This document shows, piece by piece, positions 37,575 to 50,300 of a stretch of DNA of 64,000 nucleotides (positions within the stretch are counted from its first letter, which is position 1; each line of letters starts with the position of its first letter). The DNA comes from Stegostoma tigrinum (taxonomy: Eukaryota). The notes under the pieces were generated by a model. The model worked only from the letters and a program-made list of their open reading frames with translations, was not told where the DNA came from and ran no database searches. The DNA is taken from NCBI RefSeq assembly GCF_030684315.1, contig NC_081369.1:10144035-10208034 (forward strand), given 5' to 3'. The translations under genes were made by a program, and so were the position numbers.

Positions 37575-40500
37575 GTACTCTTAAACCTTACGAACTGCCC
37601 CTTTGCAATAACTTAGAATCATTTTCAAATTTACAGCTTCTAAGTATTCAAAATTAGATGCCCTTATTCACCAATTCGATGCACGTCATTGTTCTCAATT
37701 GTTCTTGAATTTTATTCTTCCGGCTTTCTTTTCCATGTTTCTATCACAACTGGCATCATGGTCTTTGTTTTTTTTTTCCAGATGTCACTGAAGTAACATC
37801 GAACAAATTAGATCAGTTTCCCAACCTCTTGAAGGCGGCGAGAGGTGACAATGTTTCCATGTTCTGTACTTTTCCCATATTTGAAGATGTTCCTCAAGTA
37901 CTTTGGAAGAGACACAACGAGGAATCGTTTCTGCAACCAGACAACAGAAGACGTTTTCATGTCCAGAAAGGAAGGAGCTCACTTCATGTTCTCAATGTCA
38001 CTCTTTCAGACTCTGGAATGTATCATTGTAAAATAAAGCATCAGCAAACCATCCTGAGAGCAGAAAGTGGATCATTGCTGACAGTGTGCGGTAAGTGACA
38101 CTGCACCAGATGCAGGCAATTAATGCCATCTGAGCTTTTCTAATGAGAAGAAAATCCAATGATAGCGTATTCACTTCAGATTGTCGGGTAGACCTCGTCC
38201 CTGTTGGCCTCGCAATACGACGGTCATTGATTTGCTTTCGCTCGTTTGCGACATTTCTTCAGAAAAAAAAAATCCACTCATTATTATCATGATGTGGAGG
38301 TGCCGTTGTTGGACGATGGTTAGCAAGGTCAGAAATGACACGCACCAGGTGATAATCCAAAACACGGCTTTTGGAGCCTCAGTCTGAAGGACTGGGTCTT
38401 CGAAAGCTTGTGTCTTCAAATGAACCTGAATAACTATATAACCTGGTCTCGTATGATTTGTGACATTGTCATCATGACATAGTACTGGACGTTAATGTAA
38501 TGAGTGTCTTTTTGTTGCAGGAACTGTTGATATTTCACCAAAACATTGGAAAAAGGATAACTTTTGAAACCTTGGGATGTAGTTAATTCATGGAATAAGA
38601 TAAGATAGAGAACTGCAAATGCTTGAAATCCGAAACAAACATGGAAATTGCTAGAGAAAGTTAGGGTGTCTGTATCTGTGTGTGCTGGTGTATAAAGTCC
38701 AGCGAACCTTCTTCAGAATGGTTCTAAAGAAAAGCCATTGGACTCGAAACGTTAACTCATTTTCCCCTCCACGGATAGCCTCAAAATGAGAGGAAGCAGA
38801 TTTAGGACTGAGTTGAGGAAAAACCTCTTCACGCAAAGCATTGTGAATCTGTGGAATTCCCTGCCCAGTGAAGCAGTGTAGGCTACCTATATCGTTGAAT
38901 GTTTTAAAGCAAAGGTGGTAGATTTTTGAACAGAAAAGAAATCGGGGTTATGTTGAGCGGGCGGCTAAGTGGACGTGAGTCCACAAAAGGATAAACTATG
39001 ATCTTATTTATTGTCAGAGCAGGTTGGGCAGATCAGATGGCCGACTGCTGCAATTATTTCTTAGCTTGGAATGCTGCCAGACCTACCGAGTTTCTCCCGC
39101 AATTTCTGTCTTTGTGCCTTGGGGTAAATAGAACATAGAACATAGAACAGTACAGCACAGAACAGGCCCTTCAGCCCACAATGTTGTGCCGACCATTGAT
39201 CCTCATGGATGCACCCTCAAATTTCTGTGACCATATGCATGTCCAGCAGTCTCTTAAATGACCCCAATGACCTTGCTTCCACAACTGCTGCTGGCAACGC
39301 ATTCCATGCTCTCACAACTCTCTGCGTAAAGAACCTGCCTCTGACATCCCCTCTATACTTTCCACCAACCAGCTTAAAACTATGACCCCTCGTGCTAGCC
39401 ATTTCTGCCCTGGGAAATAGTCTCTGGCTATCAACTCTATCTATGCCTCTCATTATCTTGTATACCTCAATTAGGTCCCCTCTCCTCCTCCTTTTCTCCA
39501 ATGAAAAGAGACCGAGCTCAGTCAACCTCTCTTCATAAGATAAGCCCTCCAGTCCAGGCAGCATCCTGGTAAACCTCCTCTGAACCCTCTCCAAAGCATC
39601 CACATCTTTCCTATAATAGGGCGCCCAGAACTGGACGCAGTATTCCAAGTGCGGTCTAACCAAAGTTTTATAGAGCTGCAACAAGATCTCACGACTCTTA
39701 AACTCAATCCCCCTGTTAATGAAAGCCAAAACACCATGTGCTTTCTTAACAACCCTGTCCACTTGGGTGGCCATTTTAAGGGATCTATGTATCTGCACAC
39801 CAAGATCCCTCTGTTCCTCCACGCTGCCAAGAATCCTATCCTTAATCCTGTACTCAGCTTTCAAATTCGACCTTCCAAAATGCATCACCTCGCATTTATC
39901 CAGGTTGAACTCCATCTGCCACCTCTCAGCCCATCTCTGCATCCTGTCAATGTCCCGCTGCAGCCTACAACAGCCCTCTACACTGTCAACGACACCTCCG
40001 ACCTTTGTGTCGTCTGCAAACTTGCTGACCCATCCTTCAATTCCCTCGTCCAAGTCATTAATAAAAATTACAAACAGTAGAGGCCCAAGGACAGAGCCCT
40101 GTGGAACCCCACTCACCACTGACTTCCAGGCAGAATAATGATCGATTACCTCTCACCAAAATAATGGTGTTAAAAATGTGGCAATGGATAAGGTGTTAAT
40201 ACAAATGCAAGTTACTGTGGATATTTTGTAATTTGGAATGCTAGCAGAAATTAATTGGAATGTGTCTGAACATCGACAGATAGAATACGTGCATAACAAT
40301 TGTAAACAAGAGTGGCCATTCGTCCCGTCAGTTTATTCAGCTGCTCAGTAAAATTATGGTTGATCTGATTCTGTTATCAACTGCACTTTCCTGTGCGCCT
40401 TGATATCCTTGGACTTCATCAAAAACCAAGTGAAGTTTCAGGTCATAATCTTTCGTCAGAATATTTTTAATACCTCCTACATCAATTCATTGTATATGGT

Positions 40501-43500
40501 TATTTAGACCAACAAATCAGAAACTACAATATGCAATAACAAGGTTTAGAGCTGGATGAAAATAGCAGGCCAAGCTGCATTAGAGGAACAGGATAGTTTG
40601 GAGTCTAGACCTTTCTTCAGAAATCGTTCCTCCGGCATCTGCAGTTCCTACTATCTCAGCCACAATCTGCATTCTTTGTAAATTAGGGTGAATGATAATA
40701 TACCACAGCCATCAATTTCAATGAACACAAGATATCTTTTCCACCTCCAAATTGCCAAACAAAACATTCTGTAGCAAATCCTTCAAATTTCGAGATGGAT
40801 ATCAAGGAAAATTAATACGGCGTATCAATGGAATAGAATAAAACCGCACAAACGGATTTGAGGTATAGAGGGTGAATGGCGGACTAACTTGAAGGATAGT
40901 ACTTGCTTAGTGTTTTGGCTCCGCATTTTCCCAATTCCAACATGTTTGAAACGTCAATGTTTCTTTTTTAAACAAACGAATCACAATAGCCAATGAGATG
41001 GCAACTGTTAATCTTGCTCTCAGGTTTGGAATCCATTCCAAATCGTAAAACTTGCAGGGTTCCAAAGACACCCCTAGGCTCTGGTTGACGCCCTGCAGTT
41101 CGGCAACGGGATCGTCTCAGTTCTATGCACAGCAGGCAAAGTGAATGAAGGATAATGCCAAACATATCTAAAAACTTTTGTGCTCCTGTGTTTGTAATTT
41201 ATTATTTCGTTCCAATGGCACATACCACAGGAGGCCAAGATGATACCTTTTTCTCTCTCTCTCCACGAGTTTTCCGTGATATCTGTAGCAGTTCCATGGG
41301 GAACATAAAACATTTCTCAGCGTTTGCTGGCAATAACAGTTAGCACACATTTGGAAGTGAATCAAGTATCTAATTTTATCATTCCCTCTCATTAAAAATC
41401 CAGGAGCCATAAACATGCGGAGGTGTTAAGGTTGTTGATTGTAATACACATCAGAACATTGCAAACCCACTCGTATTCCCCCAGCTAAGCACTGACAGCA
41501 GATTAAGAGGGCACAAGCTCATTTTAGTAACTGGTAAATGTCATTCTACCTATGAATCTAATTTCTATAAATAAGTTCCATAGGTAGAATGGTGATACAG
41601 AGTACGTAACACCTGCACTTTATTGCAGATTTTCTTCCCAGGTTACTTCTTGTTGTGCATCATTTGCAAAATATCGTAACATTTTGCTATGCATTTCTTT
41701 AAAAATGAATGCAAAGACAACATTTAAAATACGATAGTAACGAAAACTGTTGTCACTTCAGAAATGGAACAGCTTTGGTGCGGCAGGGCGCGGATTAGAA
41801 AGTTTGAAAGAAGAGGCCATGAGAATCTGAAATTTGGGTGCAGGCACAAGATGGTTGCTGGTGCAAGTTGGCAACAAAATGGCTTCCAGCCTGGGAACTG
41901 TGAATTCTGCTAGACCTGCTCTTTTAGCCTGGGAACTTTGCATTCTGCTAGGGCTGCAGCATAAGTAATGTGGTAATGGTAAGATAATGCAGTACTAACC
42001 TTTCTAGCTGACCTTCGGTAGCAAATGTTATGGCGCTGTATGGCGAGACAAAAAGTAACCTAAGCATTGTGACATAATTTGTTTTCCAGTTAACACAATT
42101 GGATTATGTAACTGTCAATGAAGCAATATCATGTCTTGAATGGTAATTGTTTGAATACACTATGCGATCACACCATCTACCCTGCTTTAAGAAAAGTATA
42201 AAATGTCTTTGTATTAACCTATGATGTGCAGCTCCTCGAAGAAGTACGGAAGTGCTCAACTTCTGTGATTCTGGATGATCTGTACCCGGCCAGACTGCGA
42301 GTGTACATTGACCGATCGCGGAATTGAGAGACACCCCAGCGAGGGTCCAGATTTACAAATGTAACCTAAACTTTTTTAAAAATGTTTTACTTCCTGTTGT
42401 AGTTCCTCCGACCGTCCTGAAAATCATTCCCGTAGAAGAGATTTCAGGGAATTACTTGAAATTCAAGTGTACAGCGACTGCCTTTTGTCCGCAGGATTTA
42501 GGAATCTCCTGGTTAAGAGATGGTGTCAAAATTCAGGCCGGAATAGAAACTTTGAAAAACAAGACAGTGGATGGTCTTTATGAAGTTACTAGTTCGTTGG
42601 AAAATGAACCACCTATGCGGGACAGTGTAGTTTATACCTGTCTGGTATGTCATGCCTGTCTTAAGGTGCCCACCAGCGTCAGCTACACCTTTAAACGAGG
42701 TAAGATTGAAAATATACCCTGAGGGAGTTTGCTGTGTGAAGAAGGGTAAAATCCGAGATATGTATTCTTAAGCATTGAGCTATCTGTAACTCCAAAATAT
42801 CGTGTAAATGTGAATGGAGTTCATTCTCAGTGTCACAGAAATTGAAACAAAGTAAAATATTCTGAGATTTCTGGCAGATGTAGGTGGCCGACTAGTTCCC
42901 TGAAAAGACCTGAAACGGAAAGTTGATGTGAAAACTACTCAAAAGTTGAAAACTCGACAGTTTTATTTTGCGAAATGAAATGAATGCATGGCTAAAATTG
43001 ATCCATTTCACTCGAGTAATTTATGCAACTGAAAAAAAATGAAAGAACTGCGGATCCTGTAAATCAGGAAACAAAACAGAAATTGCTGGAAAAAGAACTC
43101 AGCAGGTCTGGCAGCATCTGAGAAGGAAAAAACAGGGAGTTAACGTTTCGTGTCCATTCACCCTTCCTCAGAACTTCCCAGAGTTCCAGGAAGGGTCACC
43201 GGACCCGAAATGTTAACTCTGTTTTATTTTTCTTTCACAGATGCTGCCAGATCTGATGAGTTTTTCCGGCCATTTCTCCTTTGTTATGCAACTTGTACCT
43301 GTGTATCGTTTATACCACTCAGCTGATCTCTGCCAACAGCACCTTAAGTTGCCTGTAATCTATATTTGAAAAATACTGGCCTCCCTGTCTCCTGTTGTGT
43401 CTTTCCCTCTTTAAGGTGCCCCTTGAACCTTATTTCTCTCTGTCTTAAGATTAACTTATGTTGAGTGGATAATGCTGTTTGAAGTCCCGCAGAATTTTTA

Positions 43501-46500
43501 ACTCGGTTAAAGACACAGTTTGGTTGCAGGTTGTGCTTGTTATATATAAGTGTTGCAGTTGGTGCTTTCCGGGAAGACTGGAGAAATGTGTCATAAAGCA
43601 CACACAATCCTTACAAATCTTGACAGTGTAAATGAGGAAAGTGTATTTCCGGTGGCAGATGGTCTAACTCCAGAGAACACAGGTTCAAAATAAGGGGCAG
43701 GCCAATTATGACTGAGAGGAAGAGCAACTTATTCATCCAGAATCTTTGGAATTCCCCATCGAGAATGCGGGGAAAACACAGTCACTAAGAGTATGAAATA
43801 TTGAGATCGACAGAGTTCCAAATGTTAAATGAAATGTAAATAGTGCGAGACAATAGCGCTGATGAAAAACAATCATGATCTGATTGAATGACAGAGTGTG
43901 ATCCACACTCTCACTGTCTATCCCTGCTCCTGTTGTTTATGTTCTTTTGTAACCGTCGTTAGGGGATGTACACTTTGCCAGATCTTGCATCTGTTTCACG
44001 TCAGTCTGGTTTAAGACAATGAGTAAATAAGAGCAAATTCCTTTACGCATAGCAAACAACGCTCCTATACAGAGAGAACTTTCCCACGCCTTTAAGTCAT
44101 GAAATGCATTTTCTCAATACAATGCATTATTGAGCAGAAGTTAATGTCTTCTGGTGCACGTTAAGGCCTTTGCACAGGTGTCTCCCCTGAAATTAAAGTG
44201 GTCCAAATTTTCCAACAGTGATGTTATCCTGGGTGATACCTTTGAATTTATCATCGTCTGCGTTATGTTCTGCGCAGGTGACTCACTGTGTTCCAAACTT
44301 ATTCAGTTCCATCAGGTGTTGATCCTGTAGGAGAATGTGTCACTGGCCGGATAATCATTGGATGTGCAGGAGGAGCATTGGCAATGATACTAATCATGAT
44401 CATCTTCAAGATACTCAAAGTGAAAGCATCGGCTGGTAAGAACCTTTCATATTTCGCTGTGTACTTTTTATTTCCTTAGACCAAGCGTAAAAGCACTAAG
44501 AGCAGGTGAGGTATCAAGGGCTATGGCTTTAAATTGTGGAGGTGAGAATCTAAGGTGGATATGAAATGTAACTATTTAACCTTCTCATTCGAACTGGACA
44601 GTTGGTTCGTTCACCTCCATGTTGCTCCAGTCGAAATTACAAGTGTTCTATATTATTGATCAGTGCAGATCCAAGTCCTAAAGAAGAAACTTTTGTTTTA
44701 GAAGCTAGATGTTGGAATTTGGCATTAATGTGGGTGTGTTCGAACTGACAACTAGAAATTCACATCCTCAGGTTTTATTTCCATTGTAATTTGTGATATA
44801 TGTGCGCCACCGACTTGCATTTTGCACTATCATACAGAGACTAACTCTGCATCATTGAGTGCTTTGCAACGTGAGCAGTGAATAGGCAAAACACAACATA
44901 CTACACTCAGTGCAGCTGAATACCGTCAAACTGATTTTCTGCGCTATGCGTATAAATTAAATGTTTCAAACAGCGAAGGCATGACATTGGATTTAGTGAT
45001 ACGTTGATTCTATCATTAACAGTGCATTACTTTGCTTTGTATTAGGCAACGGGAGCAATTCGATGGAAGTTGGTCAAAATGATGAACGGGTAGGGCGACA
45101 ATATTCTTTCAATTCCAAACAAAAATCAGAAAGCATGTGGGCACATAGAATGGATAGCAGTGAATTTTACATTCAGTCGAATTTACTTAAATTTCATGGA
45201 ATATGTAATTCTATCGCCCCGGATGAAACGCCTGCACCTCTGCCACCTCTATGAGATAATAAGGCGATTTGTTCCACTCAAGTGTTTTACCTGTATATCT
45301 CACTTTTCACGCCAATCCAATCCTCTTTTTGAAATTTCCTATCGAATCTCTTCCTGTCACTGTCTCTGTTGATGGGCAGCTCACTGCAATGGACTGCAGA
45401 GAGATACAAACAAAACTCTCCACAGATTATTTACTAATAATACCGACTGTGTGTCACCTGGATCTGAAACAACATATCCAGGAAAATATTTTCTCCTCAT
45501 TTTCTTCATCACAGACTCTCAACACGTTAAGCACTTAGTTAAACCTCCTTTTAATGTACTCGATCTAAGTAAAATCATAATTTCCGGAACATCATTGAAA
45601 TCCCTGAAAACTGGGACCCTTCCAGGAAATCTGTCATATCCTTTCGAACCTAGACATCTTCCTGACGTAATGCCGGGAGTGGGACACAATATCTCAGGTC
45701 TTTTGTGTGCTGGAATCTTTCGTTAGCAGTTATGGGAGCAGAGAGTATGAGTGGAGTGGGTTGAAATCGAAATCGAAATAGTGGCGGTGGAAGTGTTGGG
45801 GGAGATTTTTGCCAAAAATATAATAGTTGCTCGCCATTTAGAGGACGTACTTTTCCAGAAATGTAATGAGAACAGCCTAAGGCTTCGCTACCAGATTTCC
45901 TAATACATTACACTAACTATGGGATCGAAATCTCTTCTTCCGATTTGGTCAGAAATAGAAATCATGGGAGATATCAAACGGGCAGCGGGCGCTTCCATCA
46001 GTTTTAGACTGGAATTCCAAACAAAACTATCCGTATTTCATTTTATGGATTAGCACTAAGAATGATGGTCCTGAGCTGTCACTAAATAAACACACCTGGG
46101 GAGTGTGACCAACATCAAATTTACATTAAAAAGTACAGCGCCAAGAACAATCTGCTTTACACCTATCCTGTTGAATCCAGCACAAGGACAAATAACAAAC
46201 CAGACAGGCAAAGCACGTCACTGTCAATGGCCAAACAATGCTCTTATCTTCAATGTTGTTTGGTACTACACTAAAATGCAGGGAATTGAAAGATCTGCGG
46301 TTTAACCTACCAACTGTACTGGGACGGACCATCTCAGCCAAGGCAGACCATGTTCACCCTGGTTCCGAGGATTCTGAAATTCAGCAGTAGTGAGGTAAAG
46401 GAGATTGAAAAGTGTGACTTAAGGCCTCTCCTTGAGATAAGCAGATCAAAACGACTGTCAGGGCTCAGAAATGGAGCCTTGAAAGGGATGTTTCACAATA

Positions 46501-46964
46501 TCAGAAATCAAAACACATCTATCACGCTGGCATTTGATTCCTTTGCTGATTTAATTGATGTAATAACCTGCATTTTAAAATGCGCAATCCTGATATTCTA
46601 ATTTATTTCACAAGAAGTTTAAAGCAGAATACCAAGAATTTTTAGACAGGGCTGTAGTTTGTCGAGGAATCACAGATAGAAGACAGTACTAAAATCGGTT
46701 ACAATGTGAAGTTTGTAACTGATGAGAGGAAATTCCACCAAAGCCCTTTTAATAAAACCTTGACTGCCTGTTGCACTGACTTGACGATGGTCTAATGGGC
46801 GATGTTAAATTTTACATTTACAGAGCAAGAAAGGAAGCGGAGATAACAAACTGACTTATGCTGCTCTGCAAATTGCTGATTCCAAGAAATCATTCAAGCC
46901 CAAAACACAAGACAATTCGGCATTATATGCAGAAGTAAAGGCGACAAAGAAAGCGAGAAGCTGA
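37520..46964 (+). CDS. Non-rearranging VJ-C1 IgSF type I membrane receptor with cytoplasmic ITIMs (SIRP/NITR/PRARP-like architecture), 6 exons, ~321 aa
   Basis: Exons 37520-37574, 37782-38090, 42403-42699, 44316-44435, 45046-45089, 46824-46964. All introns are GT-AG with phases 1,1,1,1,0. The joined 966 nt is one open frame from ATG to TGA. Confidence 0.88.
37782..38090 (+). CDS. Exon 2: Ig V-set domain with germline-joined J-like G strand
   Basis: Long pyrimidine tract + CAG|. DVTEVTSNKLDQFPNLLKAARGDNVSMFCTFPIFEDVPQVLWKR...RRF...SSLHVLNVTLSDSGMYHCKIKHQQTILRAESGSLLTVC G|GTAAGT. Canonical C, W and DSGxYxC. Confidence 0.93.
38610..39115. mobile_element. Palindromic short element interrupted by a CR1 3' fragment (~38778-39062, +)
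   Basis: Centre CTTCTTCAGAATGGTTCTAAAGAAAAG. The right arm resumes at ~39070 (ATGCTGCCAGACCTACCGAG). Confidence 0.6.
39128..40135 (-). mobile_element. Young 5'-truncated CR1 LINE with uninterrupted 300-aa RT C-terminal frame, in intron 2
   Basis: ORF 39217-40119 'GVPQGSVLGPLLF..KFADDTK..RPHLEYCVQFW..RGDLIEVYK'. Tail (AACATAG)n on + at ~39128-39148. Confidence 0.93.
42403..42699 (+). CDS. Exon 3: Ig C1-set domain
   Basis: TTGTAG|. VPPTVLKII...LKFKCTATAFCPQDLGISWLRDG...NKTVDGLYEVTSSL...YTCLVCHACLKVPTSVSYTFKR G|GTAAGA. C1 motifs CxAxxFxP, WLRDG, DGxYxxxSxL and YxCxVxH. Confidence 0.92.
43031..43283. mobile_element. Palindromic Penelope-terminus-derived short element with 10-bp TSD
   Basis: Inverted arms around CTTCCTCAGAACTTCCCAGAGTTCC. 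TTATGCAACT at 43021-43030 and 43284-43293. Confidence 0.8.
43590..43950 (+). mobile_element. Old CR1 3' fragment
   Basis: Decayed CR1 3' ORF2/UTR ending CCTGCTCCTGTTGTTTATGTTC. Confidence 0.55.
44316..44435 (+). CDS. Exon 4: short stalk + transmembrane segment
   Basis: GVDPVGECVTGRIIIGCAGGALAMILIMIIFKILKVKASA G|GTAAGA. Alternative in-frame acceptors would start the exon at 44307 or 44331. Conservation of DPVG in copy 3 argues against 44331. Confidence 0.82.
45046..45089 (+). CDS. Exon 5: short cytoplasmic exon
   Basis: TTTGCTTTGTATTAG|GC AAC GGG AGC AAT TCG ATG GAA GTT GGT CAA AAT GAT GAA CGG|GTAGGG. The 44-nt length is shared by both paralogs. Confidence 0.8.
46824..46964 (+). CDS. Exon 6: ITIM-bearing cytoplasmic tail
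   Basis: TTTACAG|SKKGSGDNKLTYAALQIADSKKSFKPKTQDNSALYAEVKATKKARS*. LTYAAL is a canonical ITIM; ALYAEV is ITIM/ITSM-like. Confidence 0.87.
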   Translation, partial: SKKGSGDNKLTYAALQIADSKKSFKPKTQDNSALYAEVKATKKARS

Positions 46965-47109
46965 GGATCTAAATATATTTGGAAGGTGGGAAATATTAAT
47001 CGATGCAGGCTCAGAATATTTGGTTAAACGTCGTTGAAGCGTCGTACAACGTGCTCAAATGACTATTGGCATGCATTGCGTTCAGACCAAGAACGAATTA
47101 TCTGGAATA

Positions 47110-47320
47110 GGTCAACAGTTCTGGCAGCATCTGTGAAGAAAAAAGATCAGAGTTTCACTGAGTGACTCTTTCTCAAAACTAATTTCCTCAGTTCTGAGGA
47201 AGGGACCCGAAATGTTAACTCTGATAATTTCTTCACAGGTGCTGCCAGACCTGATGAGATTTTCCTTCAAATTCTGTTTTTGTTCCTGATTTACAGCATC
47301 GATAGTTCTTTCGGTTTTTT
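47110..47320. mobile_element. Palindromic Penelope-terminus-derived short element
   Basis: CTGGCAGCATCTGTGAAGAA arm and an inverted TTCTTCACAGGTGCTGCCAG arm, with GTTCTGAGGAAGGGACCCGAAATGTTAAC near the centre. Confidence 0.7.
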
Positions 47321-47349
47321 TCTGGGAATATAGTTATCTTTTATGAAAT

Positions 47350-50300
47350 GTAACATGGAAGAATTCTTGGCCAAAAACCAATCACCACAAATGCAAAACC
47401 ATCAAAAATCGGGCACTTCCCACGCTCAGGGAAAAGTTTTCAAAAACATTTTCAACTTGTTCTAAGTTCAAAACTATGTTTATACCAAGAGTTCTGGTTT
47501 TCAAACTTGCACTTGTTTGTGTGTTTCGACATTGATGTTTAGTTTCTAGGTTGTTTGTTGACTTTCACAAATATAAGTTAAATTTGGTTGTTGGACTCGA
47601 TACTGATTGAGCTGAAAGCAATCATTCACTAAATATGATCTCATCTTTTTTTACCTTCTCAGTCTTGGGACGGGTAGACAGGAGCCACTGTACCAAAACC
47701 TCCGCAAATTGCCACAAAACTGTGTCCTTTAGTTATGCGTGTTCAATGTCTGCTGTTTTCAGTAGAGAAACAGACAAACCTAACAGGCACAGAGGTATAA
47801 TTAAGTTTTAGTCTTAAGGTGAAAACATTATTAAAATACACCAGAATCTCAGCAGTTTAATTGTAGTTGAATCAATAAGTTCCATCAGAATGATTTTGAT
47901 TTTCAAGTCATAAATTTCTTTACAGAATGTAACAGAATACGATCAATATATATTTGTGATTCTTTACAAACATGATGGACTTTGTCATTAAATTGTCAAA
48001 GATTCAACGATAATCATAAAGTTTCCTTCTCCACTGTTAATTGTTTATTCTGATGTTTTTTCGAGAAGTGTCCCATTGTCTTCCCTGTTGACAAATTCAT
48101 CACTTTGTCATAAGACTGCATTTATTGCAAAGGTTTTAGCATTAATTTCCATTCTCATAGGCTTTGTAAAATCGGGTTGGGGAGGGGCGGCGAATGGGAC
48201 ACTAATTCATTTGTTAGCATCACCCTCAGCTTCTTTCTGTAATAATTCTGCGAAAGATGCAGCAGTTATGCTGATGTTAGTCACAAATGATCATTGAAAA
48301 TCGCAGAAACACAAATATTTCATAAATTCTGTTTGGATTTAGGAATGATGAATTCGATGAGAATATTTCCTTCCATTGTTCTTAATTTTCAAATTGCGAA
48401 CTTCTCCTGCTATTTCAGTTATATTGCATTTCAACTTCATTTCAGTTTATACAGCCGAATACAAAAACTATTAGATATCTTACAATAGTCATATTATTCC
48501 CTCAGATGAAATTAGCTGCTTCAATTTGGATTAGCTAAACAACACTGATTGCACTTCTTTTTTTATATATTCTAAGCAAACTCAAGATAATAGGATGATG
48601 TTGCACTGTCTGAGTATAGAATCATAGAATCCCTACACTGTGGAAACAGGCCATTTGGTTCATCACATCTACACTGCCCCTCTAAAGAGCATCCCAAACT
48701 GACCCATTCTCCTCACTTTTCCCTGTAACCTGGCATTTTCCATGTCTACTCCACCTAATTTACACGACCCTGGGCATGGTGTGCAATTACATATGGCCAA
48801 TCCACCTAACCTGCACATTTTGGACTATGGGAGAAAGAGAGAGCTCCGGGAGGAAACTCATGCAGACAAAGGGGCAATGCACAAACTCCACACAGACAGT
48901 CACCTGAGGGTGCAATTGAGCCCGGGTCACTGGCAGTCTATGCCAACCACTAAGTGAGCGGGCCAATGCCAACTATTTGTTCCCTTCATTAAGCCATCCA
49001 ATGTCTCTCATTATCTTTATCGGTTTGCCTTCTTTAATGTAAGACCAATGAAATGTCTTTCCTTGAAATAAACAATCTGCTCTATCCAATAGTCTGATTT
49101 TGTAATGCAGTATCAAATAAAGGTTTTCTTTAATGATTTGAACTTTCTGTTCCTTCCTACTAGATTACATTGCAACATGCTCCACATGCACTTCTGCTGC
49201 AGTTTTAATACTCATTTCATTTTCTGATGCATGTCTTTTTTCAAGGATTCTTTAGGATCCTATTTTTTCAATTGATCTAACATTTCAGCTTTAGTATGCT
49301 GGATCTTATTGCAATGGAGACATATTATTTTCTTTCTGCAAAATTTGAGTTCTAGCCTTTCTCTTATCTTGTTTGGAATTCTTCTGTTCATTTCCTAAAG
49401 CTAACATCTTTTCAACCAAACTACATGTCTTCTTCTACTTTCCTCATTGATTCCCATATGACTAATATCCCTCAAGTGATGGTCTGTGTGCAATAGCATG
49501 GAAAATCTATCAAACTATTCAGTAAAATGAAATTCTAAAAACCTTTCAGCCATTTCATCTTCCAAGCTACTTTTTCAAATGAGATGCAATATTTTGCCAC
49601 TCCATGCTTTGTAAATTTAGGAACTAATGTAGATTTCTAGTTAAATCAACACCCTCAATACAATAAAAATCCTCTTTTGAGCTAAGACATATTCTTTTCT
49701 CAATTCTAAGTTTTACTATATAAAAGACCGATTTTCTCATTCTGCCATACATTTAGTTTTTCTTAATTTCCATTTCTCTTTTTATTTTCTTCCTTTCTGA
49801 CATTCAATTCAAATTTTCTTATTTGTTACATTTTTTGTTCCTATTCTTCCTGCATTCTCATCTTTTCCATTGATCCTTTCATTCTTTTGATTATAGCTGA
49901 ACTTTAATTCAGTGCAACATATCAATTTCACATTTTCCATTTATTTAGTCTTAATTGTTAGGTAAACTGTTTAAGCATTTTAAATTTACAAGAGTCTACC
50001 TTATTTTCTACTTCCAATTTATTCACTTTCTCTCTGTGTAGTCTCAGTCAACAATTTCAAATAATCTTCAATTACATTACTCTACTCCTAGTAAAGTTTT
50101 AACAATAGTCAAAACAATTTGCAAATTCCAATCTGTGCAATAAACTTCAAAATTCCTGTTTCTATGTTCACTAATTCTGTGTCCTTGTTTCTTTAAATTG
50201 TTCCCTTTTAAAATCCCTTTTAAATTCAACGGAAGTCAACCCCAGATGACCAATGTTTTGTTATTTTCCCAAATGACTGCAATATACAACAAAGCACATC

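Noticed and set aside
37214-37657. 147-aa ORF as a single-exon gene
   Set aside because: Only 37520-37574 is supported, as the signal-peptide exon. The rest is upstream or intronic read-through.
41885-41952. Two-copy direct repeat (AGCCTGGGAACT.TG.ATTCTGCTAG)
   Set aside because: A simple local duplication in an intron. It is not an array and no function is evident.
44262-44290. CACTGTG heptamer just before the TM exon (and CACAGTG at ~2813, ~4712, ~13526) as V(D)J recombination signals
   Set aside because: No nonamer at 12- or 23-bp spacing, and no adjacent V, D or J segment. The V exons already include the J-like strand.
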